From IMG/VR virus record IMGVR_UViG_3300042520_000495, positions 1 through 33,870 of that record: a stretch of 33,870 nucleotides of DNA. The stretch is one strand, 5' to 3'. Position numbers and translations under genes: made by a program. The notes beneath the pieces were generated by a model. That model worked only from the letters and a program-made list of their open reading frames with translations, had not been told where the DNA came from and made no database searches. Shown piece after piece: positions 33,068-33,870 of the stretch. Source of the stretch: a virus (Duplodnaviria; Caudoviricetes). How positions within the stretch are numbered: position 1 is the first letter of the stretch; each line of letters opens with the position of its first letter.

Positions 33068-33667
33068 TTACTCATTTGCCTCGTAGTTTGATACCCACAC
33101 CACTGTCAGAATGATGGACGGGATCGCTGGAATGTTACCAGTCGCGGCTACATACGGGATAACCACGTTGATGTCCGAAGACTGCCAAGCCAACTCAAAA
33201 TAGTCGTTTGCCTGCAGCACAAGCACAAAGTTCCACGCCGCCACAATCTCGTTGTTGGGGCCGTCAATAACGATCTTGGTAGCCGAGTCCGGCAGGTTTA
33301 CCCCGTTAATACGAGGCCAAATATAAACAGCACTTGCCGACCCACCGGCTTTATCTAACTGGGCAGAAAACTGAAAGTTATAAATACCCGTCTGAGCAAC
33401 GAAGATTTTAGATGCGGGTACGCCGCGATTAACAGCCTGCTGGGTAACGACTGAATTGTAAGTAAATAAATTAACCGCATCCGCAACCGGATTCGGCTGC
33501 GTCGTCGTATCAAAATACGAAGCGTGTGCGGTCGGTGAATTAACCCGGTTGGCTACCTGACTAAAGAAAAGCCGCAAGACATTACTAAACTGATCCTGAT
33601 AACGGACACTATAATCCGCCGGTGCAACCGGTAGGTTTGGCGGAGATATGCCACGTGCGACGGTCAT
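33068..33667 (-). CDS. putative tail-associated protein with beta-sandwich (C1q/BclA-like) C-terminus
   Basis: 'PPNLPVAP..Y...YQDQFSNVLRLFF' N-terminus, then 'GIYNFQFSAQL...NDYFELAW'. Confidence 0.6.
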   Translation of the reverse strand: MTVARGISPPNLPVAPADYSVRYQDQFSNVLRLFFSQVANRVNSPTAHASYFDTTTQPNPVADAVNLFTYNSVVTQQAVNRGVPASKIFVAQTGIYNFQFSAQLDKAGGSASAVYIWPRINGVNLPDSATKIVIDGPNNEIVAAWNFVLVLQANDYFELAWQSSDINVVIPYVAATGNIPAIPSIILTVVWVSNYEANE

Positions 33668-33870
33668 CGACGTCCATCCGGTCGAACATCAATTCGCATC
33701 ATGCCCATTTGCCAAGCAACGCCTAAGTCAGTCGAGTCCACACGGAACGCCATCTGGCGACCTCGGATACGAGTGTAGACCTGCCCCGTGTACTGCTGAA
33801 TCGGTATCGTCGAGGTGCGCGTAACCACCGGCTGATCTGCTGCGGTGTAGTTTGAACCCGAGTTCTGCCT
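33664..33870 (-). CDS. 3' end of a structural gene (putative tail/head-closure stabilisation protein), truncated by the window edge
   Basis: Not in the ORF track. Open frame RQNSGSNY...TRIRGRQMAFRVDSTDLGVAWQMGMMRIDVRPDGRR*, with an ATGA overlap with the next gene. Confidence 0.7.
   Translation of the reverse strand, partial: RQNSGSNYTAADQPVVTRTSTIPIQQYTGQVYTRIRGRQMAFRVDSTDLGVAWQMGMMRIDVRPDGRR

Overview
This window is part of a tailed dsDNA bacteriophage genome, probably a podovirus of an aquatic proteobacterium; both are inferences from gene content. Two arms converge at 21196/21197. The + strand arm (1-21196) has three parts. (1) Early genes: a DUF3150-like protein, a MoxR-like AAA ATPase and a metallopeptidase-vWA partner. 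(2) A translationally coupled accessory block: VRR-NUC, DUF3310, prolyl-4-hydroxylase, SAM methyltransferase, a TPR/GT-B/GT-A glycosyltransferase fusion, a second GT-A enzyme and many small ORFs. (3) A replication module: family A DNA polymerase, Cas4-like nuclease, small HNH protein, SNF2 helicase, SSB-like protein, HTH protein and primase-DUF927 helicase. The - strand arm (21197-33870) encodes virion/ejection proteins. One is a 1941-aa polyvalent-type protein with an embedded FtsK-gamma-like domain. Another is a 1195-aa protein with long Pro-Thr/Pro-Ala/Pro-Glu repeats and Cys-pair modules. The best leads are: a possible phage-encoded proline hydroxylation plus O-glycosylation system acting on the Pro-rich virion protein; the FtsK-gamma domain; and a structured RNA candidate upstream of the SNF2 gene. 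All family calls come from motif recognition by eye; no searches were run.
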